Of a stretch of DNA of 60,260 nt, positions 1 through 13,292 are shown piece by piece. This DNA is from Catajapyx aquilonaris (Eukaryota). The position numbers and the translations under genes were made by a program. The stretch's first letter is position 1; the number at the start of each line of letters is the position of its first letter. Below the pieces are notes generated by a model that saw only the letters and a list, made by a program, of their open reading frames with translations, made no database searches and had not been told where the DNA came from. Location: assembly GCA_000934665.2 (NCBI GenBank), contig JYFJ02002270.1, positions 1-60,260 of the forward strand, given 5' to 3'.

Positions 1-3000
1 GGAGATAGGAATTGATTTTTTACGCTTCTACGCAGATCGTATTCAAATTAAGAAATGTTCGCAAGCCCACGGCATCTTGCGTCTTGTCCTGCTAAAATTA
101 TCAAACATTTTAAATTTCCTATGAAGCCGAATTGTGACCTCTTTATAGTTAATGCATCTTATCTGGTGCTGCACTGTTTTTTCATAATTACAATATTTGA
201 TATATATTTATTGTAACAGTATTTTTCACTATCTCTAACGTCAGGAAAATATTTTCCTTGCAAATTTCCCACCGTTATATACGGTGCATAGATATTGATA
301 CTGTATAGCTGGTATTATTTTAACATTATTTTACAATGTTCACATCATCATGCGGTAATGATACAGAACAATATTTAGGATTCCAATTCATGGGCTGTTG
401 CATTGTAATGCTTTTATAATGATTGTACGGTATTCTTGGCTATAGTTTCATCGAAGAAGTTTTTTTTTCACATATTGCACCTTACACGGTTCATAATTTC
501 ATAATTAGTAGTCTAAATGCACATCTGTATAGGTATCGAATGCTCAGAAAAGCTAAAGGGGTAACAGAAAAAATATTTGAATTTTTTGAAAGTTTTGCGC
601 CAAAACATGTTAGTCATCTATAACTTAATATGCGTGAATCCGAATTATTATTATAGCCCTAGAGAGTGGCTAATTTGCATTATGTAATTATTGCAATTTT
701 CACTATAGGGTCGGCATTTTTTTTGGCCTGCAACTGTTTTTATACTAACTTTTAGTCACCATTAAAGTTTTAACTGCGAATGGCAACCTATTAGGAGGAA
801 CTAAATTTTTTGCACTTATTTGTTCCACATTTACAATCAATTTGCCAGGGCACTGTTCATGATCGAGATGATGCCTCTCCATGAGGCTGCTATATTTGGT
901 GGTCCACTATATTTTTCTTGAAGGCGGTTCCAGATTATAATTATTGATTAATATATGGGTAATTCACAATCGTGTTGGGGTATATACGAACCCCGTCACA
1001 GCTAGTTGCATGTAATTATATGCATATAGGCCCAGGTGCAGAATTTGCATTTTTTTCTTAGGTCACCAAGCTTGACTGCTGCAGTTTTTCCCCATGGTGT
1101 CATAAGGACGCAGGTCAAGGCCAGCTCTGATTTTAAACTATTGACACCTGGGATAAGGGAATCTCGAGGGGAAGCTGTTGCAAAGGCTTCAAACCATGCT
1201 TCAAACATACAGTATATTGCAAAGGACATGGACTTAAGTAGTAAGTGGTTAATTATTTGATTGGTCTACATGAGGTGCCCCCATTAACATACAGTATAGG
1301 CTATATTAATGAAATAGTTGGAGGAAAAAACTGAGTTTTTTCGAATGTAATGACGTAATTCGGATAACTTATGTGCGTCAAACCAATTTTAAGATAATTT
1401 TTTAATGCTTTTGGATCGCTTCCATCCGGACACCCTATATGTCACTTAACTGTCATTAACTGCTACTATCTTCTTAGTAAGTGAGAATTACAGTCGTAAC
1501 TTTTTTCTGAGTGATTGTCGCTGTGATGAGTAAGCATCTATGGAGGGGATCAAGTTTATCAGAAGAAACTTAATCGCGCCAGAAGTTGCGAGTAACCGGA
1601 TTTCCTATGCGTAGATCAAATCGATTAAATAATATTGATTGGAAGATAATTCAAATAGCTCTGCACATCAAAAACCTGTCTGTATCTATAGAGGAATCGC
1701 TCCTTGTATCATACTAAACAATCATATTTCCGTCATAATTATGCTTTGAATATCTCCTCCGCTGTCAAACCCACGCAAATGAATTATTATAAAATATGGA
1801 TTTAGCGATGGGCAAGCCAAATCCGATGAAGTTTGGGTGCCTTACGGTAACCTACGTAGATTAATTGAACGGAGTTCTATATCACTTCCTAAGCAACCCT
1901 GACATTTCTGATGGCTGAAAAAAATGTCAAACGTTACAGTGAATAAGATCATGACCCGAAAGGTCCCCAGTCGAATAACCCCATCATGCTACATTACAAG
2001 GCCGGTTACCATGAAGGTGCCCTTGTATTTAAAAAATGGAAGTCGCGTAGAAGCCTATTAATTATTTATAGATACTCTAGTGCAGCTCATCAAATTACTG
2101 GATAATATTATTCCTATATGCATTTTTATGGATTTCTTGGTTTTTTAAAATATTTTTTTAAACAGTGGGATTGCAATGCAGTATGGAGTAGGCTATAATG
2201 CGCATTTATAAGAAACTATGTTGTTGGCGGAATATGGACTTAATATTGCGAATCACTACAGTGGCAAAAGTCTCTATAGGCCTGATAATGTAATTAACAT
2301 ATATATTATTAATAATAATAATCTAGGCCGGAACCCCAGTGCTACTGTCAACTTAATGAACAATCATTCTATAAGTTGCAGAAGTCCACATCAGCAGTTC
2401 AAGTGTGGATTGTTAATCCCAGAAGCCAATTAAATTCAGAAACAGTCACGGCAATAGAATGTAGTCGTGGCTGATAAATTTCAACTGGCAACTGGAGTGC
2501 ACCGTACTGATTACATCAAGGGGGTAATCACTCGACTGAAAAGTGTACTCTGGAATACCAAATTCAAGGAGTACCAAGGCGTGAGGTACCTGAGGAGTAA
2601 AATCCTACATACTGAATAATTATAGGCATTTGTAACAAGTAGCAGCTCGATATTGATAAAAAAGAGAAAAATCAATCATATATATGTACAAATCAGAGCG
2701 AAATATTTTCAAGGAATAAAGAAACCCCCAGAAGCAAATTAAATTCATAGCACTCTTTAATGGTCTAATATCAAGGACTTAGATGGCTAATAATTTATTG
2801 TTGAGTTACAGTACATAATAATTATTATGTACTACATATTTTGTTGATGTCATTGCCCGCTCAATTCTGCTTCATTTTACAGAAACAAGACTTCAGTTAT
2901 GATGCATGAAATAATCCCTGTACTGTTATATTCGCTCGTTGCCCTATTACTATGCAGTAACATTTAATCTAAAATCCACCATTTTCATTATGAAATTGCA

Positions 3001-3915
3001 TAAGTGAAATTTCACATTTATTTTAAGTTGTCTGCTGCTACGGTAATTATGAAATATCACTACTCAGCTGCCGGATATTAATAAAAACTTGGCTCACAAA
3101 GTCATCGAATTGGAAAGCAACCAACGATGTTGAAAGGAGAAGGTCAAATCCTCGTTATCATAAACTATTAACTCTACGCTTATTCACAGTTCGTTGCCGC
3201 CCACTTCCATTAGGTCTGGGGAGTATGTGTAGGCTGTAGGTTTCAACGTAAGAACTTTACTAGAACCTAAGAGTTAAAACTAACCCAGTAATAGCTTCAG
3301 CATTAGCCGTAAGACAGGCGCATAATAACAATTTGTTGGTCACATACGTAATAGTCGTCCACAATAATTATTATTTCTGAATTATTGTGTAACCATTACT
3401 CAGCCTGAAAATGCGCCGTTCAATCAGTTTTAACCCTTCTGATGCAGGGAAGCAAATTAAAATTCATCCCTAATAATATGAAAAGCACAATGCTGTCTTC
3501 ATCATAATCAGTAATACAGCAGCATTTTATCTTGCAATTTGTGAATTTATTAATAATCACCTTTTACTTTACTTTGCCAGCAACAGAGCCTTACGAAATG
3601 ATGATGAGCTTGTTTTTAGTTTAACTGATTTTATGTACACTACATCTGAGAGTTAAATTGATTTAAAATAAATCTTACTCTATAGGAAATAGTTTTAAAA
3701 ACCCAAGGCCACATAGAACAGGGTAAAAAGCTTTAGACCCGCCCTAGTGGGAATTTGGGATTTTACACAAAAGTAGCGGAATCGAAATTTGGTAGTGACG
3801 TAAGTCCGCGAATTCTGTTTTTGGACCATTTTGAGATGTACAGCAAAAATAAATGATAAGAAGATAATACATTTTGAACTTTATTTTCAGCAATCTTTTG
3901 ACATCCACAATATAT

Positions 3916-6900
3916 CTAATAGGAAAAATAATTGTTCTCCAGCTGAATTTCATTCTCCTGGTTTTGTTCGCGATGGTAAATCTTCACATCCTGCAAGTAC
4001 ATGTTCTTTAATCCGCTGAAAATGGATGGGTTTCGGATAGGACGATCGAATGGGAAAAGCATGCTCTTCTGATCTTGGTAAATGTGTCCTGATTTAGGAC
4101 ACAAGGCGACACCAAAGAACTGGCCAGCTGTCACGTCGCTCGAAGCTTTGTCCTTTTCCAGGTCAGTCAGCATCACAGCCAGAGTGTAGGCGGTACCCTG
4201 GGGACTGCCCCTTGGGAACAAAAGATGTCTCGGGTATCCACCTTCCTCCTGGTAGTAGTTCTGTACACAAAAAAATGAAGGTCAATATTCTGCCACAATT
4301 TTGACACTTAATATCACCTTACCTTGTCCACCTGCAGGGTCTCTGTGCCCTGAATTGCGGCTTCGACCTTTCGCAAAATTTCCTTTAGATGAGGCCTTTC
4401 CTGACGGTTGACAACGCTGCTATCGGTCGACCTCCTCTCTATCACGTGGTCTCCAGCCTCAACTGAAATCAATGGCATCAGAATGCAGATCAGTATCGGC
4501 AGAAAATAAGAGGTGGGCGGCGGGACAGGGACGGACGTAGGCGGAAATTGTGTAGGAAGTTGTGACTAGACTTTTATCAGAGAACCCAAATGGTATTATC
4601 AGATATAGGTATGGGAAAGAAATCAGTGGAATGTCTACCAGTGGTGGTGAATCGATCAATCTCCACCATCTGCCAGCTCTGTCTGTCAATGGTCATCTGG
4701 TTCTGATGCTGGTCAATTTTAGGGGCCAAAAACATCCTCACAACCACATCTTTCCTCTCGTCGCTGTTGATATGCAGTTTGAAGGTAACTGGATGGTAGT
4801 TCAGACGCTTAATCACAGCCTTCAGCTTTGGGAATAGATCCTCGTCCTGTTGATCTTGAGCCATGTTTCCCTTCTGATGCCATCTTCTATTGTGGGACAC
4901 TTCTTCCATAGGTGAATAGTCCACAGCGTTGTCCAGATCGAATTCGTAGTCCTCCATAAAAGTGGTGATATCCTTGTCCATTTGTACCTTATACAGTTTC
5001 ACACCTGGGAACTCCAGCTCCTCCTTGGTGTATGGCTCCAGGTGACCCTTGTGCTTCTTGATAAGGTCGTCCAGGTAATGATGGAAGCTATAGAAGGCAT
5101 AGTCCCTCTTGGAAGTTTCATAGTGTTCCATCACACTGGGATTCCTCTGAAATGGGGGGGGGGNGGGGGGGGCGGTCACTCGAGTGTCATTTTGGCAATT
5201 TCACATCCATTACGGTCATCATCAACACTTGCATGTATTACCTGATGTTGATTCTCAGGTCCAGATGCACCCCCAATGAGCAGGTGCCCAAGTAGATTAA
5301 TTCCCCCATAATAACGAGGGTTCAAGCTGTACTTGGTTGGTTCTATCAGATTGCCCAGAAGGTTGACACCACGACTGTTGTCCAGGTGGATGTACTGATG
5401 ATTGGGCTGAAACATGCAACAATCATATGCATTATTTATTATGTATTTGTGCTGCAGGCAATGCACCTCCAAAAATAGTGAGCGGACAAACATACGGTTT
5501 CGACACTGTGCATGTCGATGGTCCTGCTGACTCGTCGAGCATAGGTTTTGTACGTGTCCATGGTGATATCGGGAGTGTCGTGCAGATTGGTGTTGTCCGG
5601 ACGTGATGGGAATGCCCCTGCGTACCGGTAGCTCAGCCCAGGGTGGCATCCAACGGGTATGGGTTCATCCAAAGACATAGACTTGATGTCAGCCATCTGC
5701 ATCGCACGACGCTCAAGTCGCATACGTCCAAGAACCTGATGGTGCTGGTAGAAGAAGAGCTCTCCGTGGCGCTGGAAATGGTCGTCGCCGTACCGGGGCT
5801 TCCACCAGAACGGTCTGCACTGGTGTGCTATCAGTTCGTACTCGTTGTAAAAGGGATCCTCGGTCAGGTACGACAGCTGGCTCATTTCACTACCTGTATT
5901 TGAATTAAAGTACTAATTTCTGACGGATATGACCCTAGTGTTGTGCTCACCGAAAACTGGACGTATGTTCAGAGTGGCATTAGCATCGTGTCTCATCTTG
6001 TGGGCGTAGGCCTGTCGGATGTCCTTGTCTCGCACGTATCGGTGTGGCTCCACTTCGAAGTGTGGGGGCAGTACCATACCGCGCGTGTCGGTACGGTGAA
6101 GCACGGCTGTGTTGAGTGCGAATAGCCAGAGTGACGGGTTGACACGCATTCGACGGAGCCAGTGTGCTGTGTCCAGGAAGGTCTTGGTGGTACGTGAGGA
6201 GTACAGGGTCTCGAAGACCAGTACCATCTGGCGACGATGCTCCGGGTGGAACACGGAGAATGGGGCCTCCCATGCCAGTCCGTGGCCTTCCCTCAACATG
6301 TCGCACAGATCACGTACCGAATCCTTGTACTGGAAAATAATGAGCCAATTAGTCCAATCTACTTCAGGAAAATTGCCATTTGAAAGTGTACTTCGTAGTC
6401 GTCCAGGTGATCAGCAGGGTTATATTGCTGCTCTTGTTGTTCAACATGTTGTTCATAGGCAGAATATTGGTAGGGATTCACATAAAACTGCAAGATGTCC
6501 TTGTACAGTTGCAGGAATTCCGGATTAGCTGATGCAGAAACAAGAGAAATATATTAGTAATAAATTGTCAACTAATTTGCAGTGATTGTTGGAGTAGGAC
6601 TTTATGCATTATAACAGGAGCCTGCTGGCCATAATCAACAGGCGTATAGTTTGCAATCACGTTTTACTCTTGAGGACCTTCGGGGAATGTATACTGTACA
6701 GTGTTAAATACACACTACATGGAACCAATTTCAACACGAATACAATCAATGTGAAGTGTGATTATCATAATAATGACGCTCTGGGACTTTATGCATAATG
6801 CTAAACTGAATGCAATTTGGATCATATGGAAAATTAATGTGCCAGAATCGGTAATTCTAGTCTGTAATACGATAGCCAACTTGTTTCGAGGTGATTAGAT

Positions 6901-7756
6901 TACCCCATTGGATTTACAGAAAACATCCTTATATTTTAAAAACTGGATGCTTGTCCATCTGACATGTTGATTAATATATGATTGTGTTACCATCAGTTTC
7001 CCAGAGCAATTTTTTTATTCGACATGTGACACGTAACAAGTATAGTTATGAGTTCAACTTCTACCAGTATATATTATTCCATAATATTATTGTCGAGGCT
7101 ATATGTTCACATAATCCCCTCATTTGCAGATTTTTGGCATAATGACACCCGATGAGATTGTGCTGTACGTATAATGTGGAGATATGGCATTGAGCCATAC
7201 TAGTTTTGTTGGCGAAGTTATCTGACCCAAGGTCAGGATCGAATATTTTTTTGCGTATAATATTGGCATAACTCCGTATGTTTTGCTGGCACGCATTAAC
7301 CGAATCAGCGTAAATATTTAGAGTTAATGTGGAACATCTCATCAAAACTAATATGATTCAATTCTCATCTATAGATAAGACACCAATACGCTGTTGCCCT
7401 CTTAAAGGTGCACATTGGCTGCGATATACCCCATGATAGGAATCTTTATGGGGATTAAGGAATCTTCTCTTAAAGACTGGACTTTATTCCATGACTGCAC
7501 TGCTGAGGATGGAAGGAAAGTGTAGAATCCATGGAAAATTCCCACAAACAAGAACAGGAAGATAGTTTCACATGCCGTTCTTACAAACAAAAAAAACAAA
7601 GAAAACAGATAACGAGTCTTCAAAGGTGTGTTGCTCTTGTTAAATGTATAATATACTCTACAATGCTCCAGCCTTACCTGGTTCATTGTTGAACAGCCGC
7701 TTATCCTTTGGCCAAGCTGCCACTGAAGCGACGACGAAGAGTAGGAAAAACTTCAT
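3916..7756 (-). CDS. Hemocyanin-superfamily protein (hexamerin/pseudo-hemocyanin-like), ~716 aa, 8 exons: 7756-7678, 6528-6392, 6329-5951, 5893-5496, 5406-5242, 5146-4639, 4462-4323, 4260-3916
   Basis: Signal peptide MKFFLLFVVASVAA. Family motifs FSVFHPEHR, ALNTAVLHRTD, YLTED..PFWW..RHGELFFYQHHQ, LGNLIE..NPRYYG, VMEHYETSKRD, VEIDRF, HLLFPRG, MLFPFDRP. All introns are GT-AG and exon phases sum to an open frame (2151 nt). Confidence 0.93.
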
Positions 7757-7810
7757 GTTGTCTGACCGCGACACACAACCGCAGGCAAGCCTTAGTGACC
7801 TTCTCCTTAG

Positions 7811-7817
7811 TTTTATA
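7811..7817 (-). promoter_or_regulatory. Candidate TATA box of the hemocyanin-like gene
   Basis: TATAAAA on the minus strand ~55 bp upstream of the ATG at 7756. Confidence 0.5.
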
Positions 7818-8637
7818 CCAGAACATCACGTGATTTCCAGAGGTCGCAAGGTCCATAATATTTCTCCATCGGTTAAGGTTCAAATGTTAAAACATGCCCT
7901 ATGCTGACTCACAGAGCAAAATACAAAAACCATTTTCTGATTAGGGCACATTTTTTTTGTGTGTACAATTAGCTGCAGCTCTTATAAAAATATTGCGTCT
8001 CATATTGATTTAGTGTAGTTGACAATTGAAAATCATCCAGAAGAAGAAAAGAATTTTAGCAAATCGGAATTAATTTTAAAGGTATACAACTAGCCCTTAT
8101 CACTGAACCTATATAGGTCAATCTTGAATCTGTTAATAATCTGTACTAGTGACACTGGAGATGAATCCGCCGCATTAGGTTTACATAAAGTTAGTAGAGA
8201 TCTATGTTGTTTCTTGGTATATAAGCTATAAATAACAATGTGAAGTAGCTCATAACATTGAACTTGTAAAAAAATAGTAGAATTTTATCCCGCAGTGTCT
8301 CAATTCGAGTCGACCCAAAACAAAGATAAGAAATGGATTTCATGGAGCATTGCGAAATTTATTGCCCTCTGCGTATGTCTAGAGAGTTGAACGCGCCAGA
8401 CGATAAAGCAATTTTTAAAAACAAATTCAGTTCACTAATTTATAGAATATCCTTGTCAGTTAATCAGATAAATGAATCAATACTCATTGTTGCAATTTAT
8501 TATCACCATTAGTGTCGAAGATAGATACATCATCACTAAACTGCTAGTATAAGTTACATATCGTGTTTGTTTTTGTATTTAATTAAATATTAATGTAAAT
8601 AAAAAAGTTGTGTTTCAAAGCGGCAGATGCACTGTTT

Positions 8638-10368
8638 TTACTCGCCAGTCATCATTTCCATAAATTCTGTAAAGAAAAATTAATGTAAAGTTATGGAGTA
8701 TATTTTAAAATTGGGAATAAAAGGAGCCAGGAGGATAAATATTAATAATATTCCAGCATGCATTATGTCAGTAGGGTGTATCACAAAATATGCTTAAAAG
8801 ATTCCACGCATGATGGCAAACGTTAGATGACACCCTAGCAGGTCTTACATATACCAATCAACACATAATCAACTAGCTGTTGCAAATAATTAATAATAAT
8901 AATAACATAAGATGACCCTCTTTTACTTGCCATCAGTAGTTAATGGCAGACAGTATTTTTTTTGATTCAAGTGCAAATGGAGCAAAATAATAAAATGATG
9001 ACTTTGTCATTACTTTGTAACACCTCAGGTCTTAAATATTCCCCAGTAACTTATATGGGAACGCCATTATAGTATATTTTTATCCAGTTCTACCCAAATT
9101 TACAAGCTCACAAAATTTTAGTTGCAAAATATTTGCTATCAAAATTCGTGCATTACATCGATAGTGTGAAACATTTTGACCTCTCATTTTATTTCTGAAT
9201 ATTGCACTTCAAACTTTCGATTATGAATACTGGATAGTACGTAATGAACTCACCATCAAAGTCAACGGTTCCAGAACCATCAGTGTCAATTTCCTCTATA
9301 ATGCCAGTCAAATCTTCCGAAGTTAATTTGTCGTCCAAAGCTGCAAGAATTTCTCTGAGAGTCCCTGTCGTAATAAATCCATTCCCTGAAAGCAGAAGCA
9401 TGTTACTTAAGAAGTCAGAATAGTCCCACAATTTTTAATTTTGCAAGTCGAAATACTCCCGGACCTTCTTTATCGTATAACCTAAATGCCTCTTTCAGTT
9501 CTTGTTGCATAGCCTCTGCATCTTCTTCTTCAAGAAAATGACCCGCAATGCAGGCAAATCGTTCAAAGTTGACCTTTCCTGTTCCTGTAAATAATAAAAA
9601 TGGAATATTATATACGCTAATGTGGACTCTGATGGAAGTTAGAATTAAGTGTAATAAATTATTTTGAAAACTTTCTAAAATGTTTAAAATAAAAACAAAG
9701 GACAATATCACATGACTTCTGCATTTCAGGTCTTCAAATAGATAATAGAAAATTGAGATATTTTTTTGTTTTCACTTTTAAATGCAATCTTCAGAAAGTT
9801 TATATGTGCCAATTAGGCAAAAAAGCACTTAGGCCTACAACCCAAAATAATTCATGCCCAATACACTGTCCCTTACCCTCAGGATCCTGGGCATCAATTA
9901 AACCTTGTAGCTCCAATTCATCAAAGTTTTGACCAAGTGTATTTAAGATGCTAGAAATCTTGGTGGTGTCAATGACTCCTGTCTTGCTGCTATCGAACAT
10001 CGTGAACGTCTTCTTCAGCACTAAATATTAATATTAAAAAATAATTAGCCACATTATGTGTAATAGTGTTATTATCATGGGATTTTAAATAATGCACAAC
10101 TCACTTCGCATCTTTTCCTCGTCGGGTTCCTGAAAAACATTAAATATAAATCAGTATCAGAGAATGATTTTGATAACAGCAAATTAATTCAGTTGTTGCA
10201 TTAATTTTGACACATGTAAGTTAAACAGGGAAATATGTAAATGTAGTAATCTATCGAGTTTAATTTTATTTATGTCGGGCTGGTCTTAGAAAATCTCAAG
10301 CAAGCATTACAACAATTAATCTTAAAACACATTAAAAAAACTTTAATGTTCTACCAATACTTTACCAT
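8638..10368 (-). CDS. TpnC: Troponin C, 150 aa, 6 exons: 10368-10366 (ATG only), 10129-10105, 10020-9877, 9584-9465, 9385-9254, 8666-8638
   Basis: Arthropod TnC signatures [38 protein letters not shown] and [22 protein letters not shown]. First coding exon holds only the ATG, as is typical of TnC/calmodulin genes. Exons sum to 453 nt. Confidence 0.95.
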
Positions 10369-13292
10369 GGTTGCTGTATGATGGTTCAATCAGAAGTGAA
10401 AGCGTTAAAGATGTGCCTAACGTCCTTATATTATCTCATCACGTTTCTATCAGCTTGCGGTTAAGCCTATTTTAGAATCCTTCTAGTCGTTTGCACCTAC
10501 AAGTAGCATACTCGCGAGATTGAAGAGAGAGAGAGAAAAAAATCTATGGCCTTCTGATTGCATCATATGATCGAGTTGCTATATATTGAATAGATGTTCC
10601 GCCAAAATAACAGTGTTTTATTTATTTATTTTAAAATTTTGTTGCATAATAAAAATTGTGCCCATGATCTACTGTACTTACAGAATAATAGTTCCGGTAT
10701 GCTGTTTTTAATTTCCGTGGGTCTTTTTAAACTTACAACAATGTTATGCATTATGGATTTAATTTAGGGCTATTGTTTATTTTGCATATAACTGCAATGC
10801 AATGGTGTAAAAAAGGTGATTAAATTCAATATTTTAACTCAATGTAATTTTTGGCATTTGCGTTTTACTATGGAATTTTGTATAATCAAAATTATTTCAC
10901 CATTATTAATATTCCATCAATAATTACCTCAATTTCCTGAACAAGTGTATAATGACTCGACTCTTTACATAAATAACAGCCGATACGTTACACCAAGCTG
11001 TGCTAAGCGATTCCTCTTGACCTTGCACTGAAGCCCACTTATTATCAGTCCAACTCCGTTTGTGGACATCGATGGCAAAAATAATCACCCAATGTGTGAC
11101 GCAATTCACTTTGGCTAGGTTCACATACGCCGACCCTAAAGTGCCTCGAAGGGCTCCTCTTTCAACCCCAACCCACAGGTCCCAGACTGTTTAACGACAT
11201 TTCAATAGATACCCTGTATCGTATTTACAAGCAAAATTTAAGGTTTACATTACCCCCCTAAGAACCACGTGCAAATAGTGTATATGAATAAAAGAGCCAT
11301 TATCACACTGTGTTAAATAAAGCTAGTGCAATGTAAATAAAATTATTTAAATTTAGCAGAATTTATTAACTGCACTATATGCACTTGCATTAAGTTTCCT
11401 TCACTAACCGTACCGTCACTCTATAAAGGCAAAGCTACCGAAATGAAATTCCATTCATTTCCACCTCGTCTTGTGGGTGTCCTACCATATAGTAAACACG
11501 CGACATATTTTTCTGATTGCGCAATGATATCTAAATTGGCTCGTGACGTCACCCGGACATTTAACGCCGGATGTTATGGAGCTTATAACCGGCTATAAAT
11601 CCCAAGACATGTAGGTGGGTCTAGGTATTCAGGACCCACAGCCAAATAAATTTCGCGGAGAATTAAATCTGGCAGATCCTATGGAAATAGATGAGTACTA
11701 GTGTCTAAAATTAAATCCGGAAGGATAAAAATGTGCATGCCAAGCATTGTTCCTTCCTCTATATAGTAGCCCGCCAGACACCAATCAGATTTTGGCAACT
11801 GATGAGCTACGGGGAAATCCTTATTTAAAAAAAAAATCACACTAATTATTTTTGGAAGTATGACTCGTCCTGTGTATACCCCCCCACACCTCACAGATGC
11901 TGGTTGGCAAAAGCCCAGTATTAATTAGTTAACTTATGATCTTGGAACGATCTGTACGCCTCCTGACTAATTGTGTCTAACCTCTTTATACAGTGGGTGC
12001 TTCCATTTTGAGTATAGTGACGCATATGTTGTCATGGCGGTATGTGTAATGGTTTGCGGCGCTGAATTAAAAGTTGCAATTTCTTGCGCTGCGAATCATG
12101 AAAAGAGGTATACCTGTAACTCAAAATATTATTTTTGGCCAATTATAGGCTGCTTGCACGTTCTCTATGCAGGTAAGCTTGACATATTACAAAACAACGT
12201 TTCTTCTGAATATGCTGCATGTGCACTAATTAATGATTCTTGCTCATGGCTTCTCAAGTTGTAAATGGTCGGGTTCAATGTCTTTTCCCCGAATTTGAGG
12301 GTGGACAATAGCAGGGTATATTGGGGCCAACCCCCCCCCNCCCCCAGTAGTTCATTATCCCCAAGAGGTTCACATCCCCTTTTCGGTCAATGTGGGCCGA
12401 CATATCCAGGTAGATGATTTACTGTCCCAAAATAGATGCTAAGCCATCAGGAGGAAATGGCTCTATCTTTGGTAGTTTATGGCTGTTTGGTGACCGTGGG
12501 ATATATGGGGTCTGAGACGGTCGGATCCTTTATACACGCCGACCTCCCACCTTGCTTGTCTTCCTGCACCTGCAGAGTCTTGGGTGGCGAGGACAGCATA
12601 TTTTGGGTGGGATGGCCAACGATGTCCCCAGGGTCTCATTATAAGTTCAAATGGATATCGGGCCAATACCCTGATGCCATATCAACCAGAGTTGTTGCTC
12701 TGATGAAAAATTATCGTCACAACTACATTTCCATATCAGAGAGGCGGTCATCCATGAAGTAATACCCACATTGTATTATTAATTATTAATTATATTATTC
12801 TGGATCAAATTATTTACTTACGATTATGGGTTAATGCAGAGGTCATAATTTTAATTATGATGGTTGAATTAAGGTTTTGGTGATTCATCAGTAAACAGTT
12901 GGGCTTCTTTTTCCTCCGGACTCGCTTTAGCTGATGCCAACTCTAAAAGCTGTCAACCAAGAGTAAAAGCCATTAAAAACCTATTAGTGAAGAATTTAAC
13001 ATGTTGTGCACACAGAGGGGAAAGGTTATGAATAATCCCACACTCGGTGAAAACCGTGGTCAAAACCATATATGATTTACATAAGTTTAGAATAACGTCA
13101 CCATTGGTGTCATCCCCGAGCAAATCACCGTAACTACGTCATATATGACTACTAAGATGACGCTGCTGTCATGTTTCAAAAAAAAAAAATCCTTGCCTAC
13201 ACCTAGATGCAGGTGCACCGGGTCATTAACCACCTGCCCACCTAGGCCTGTCTAGCACATGTTTTCCCAAGGGTCCAATATTGTCTGGGTCC

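Noticed and set aside
1..3900. Short ORFs in the first 3.9 kb
   Set aside because: AT-rich, no recognisable domains or consistent splice structure; treated as intergenic, possibly with decayed repeat fragments.
5152..5172. Poly-Pro 'PPXPPP' with an N in the hemocyanin ORF track
   Set aside because: Lies in intron 5241-5147 (poly-C tract before the acceptor), so it is neither coding nor a frameshift.
10467..10475. MEF2-like CTATTTTAG upstream of troponin C
   Set aside because: One base short of the YTA(W)4TAR consensus; not supportable.
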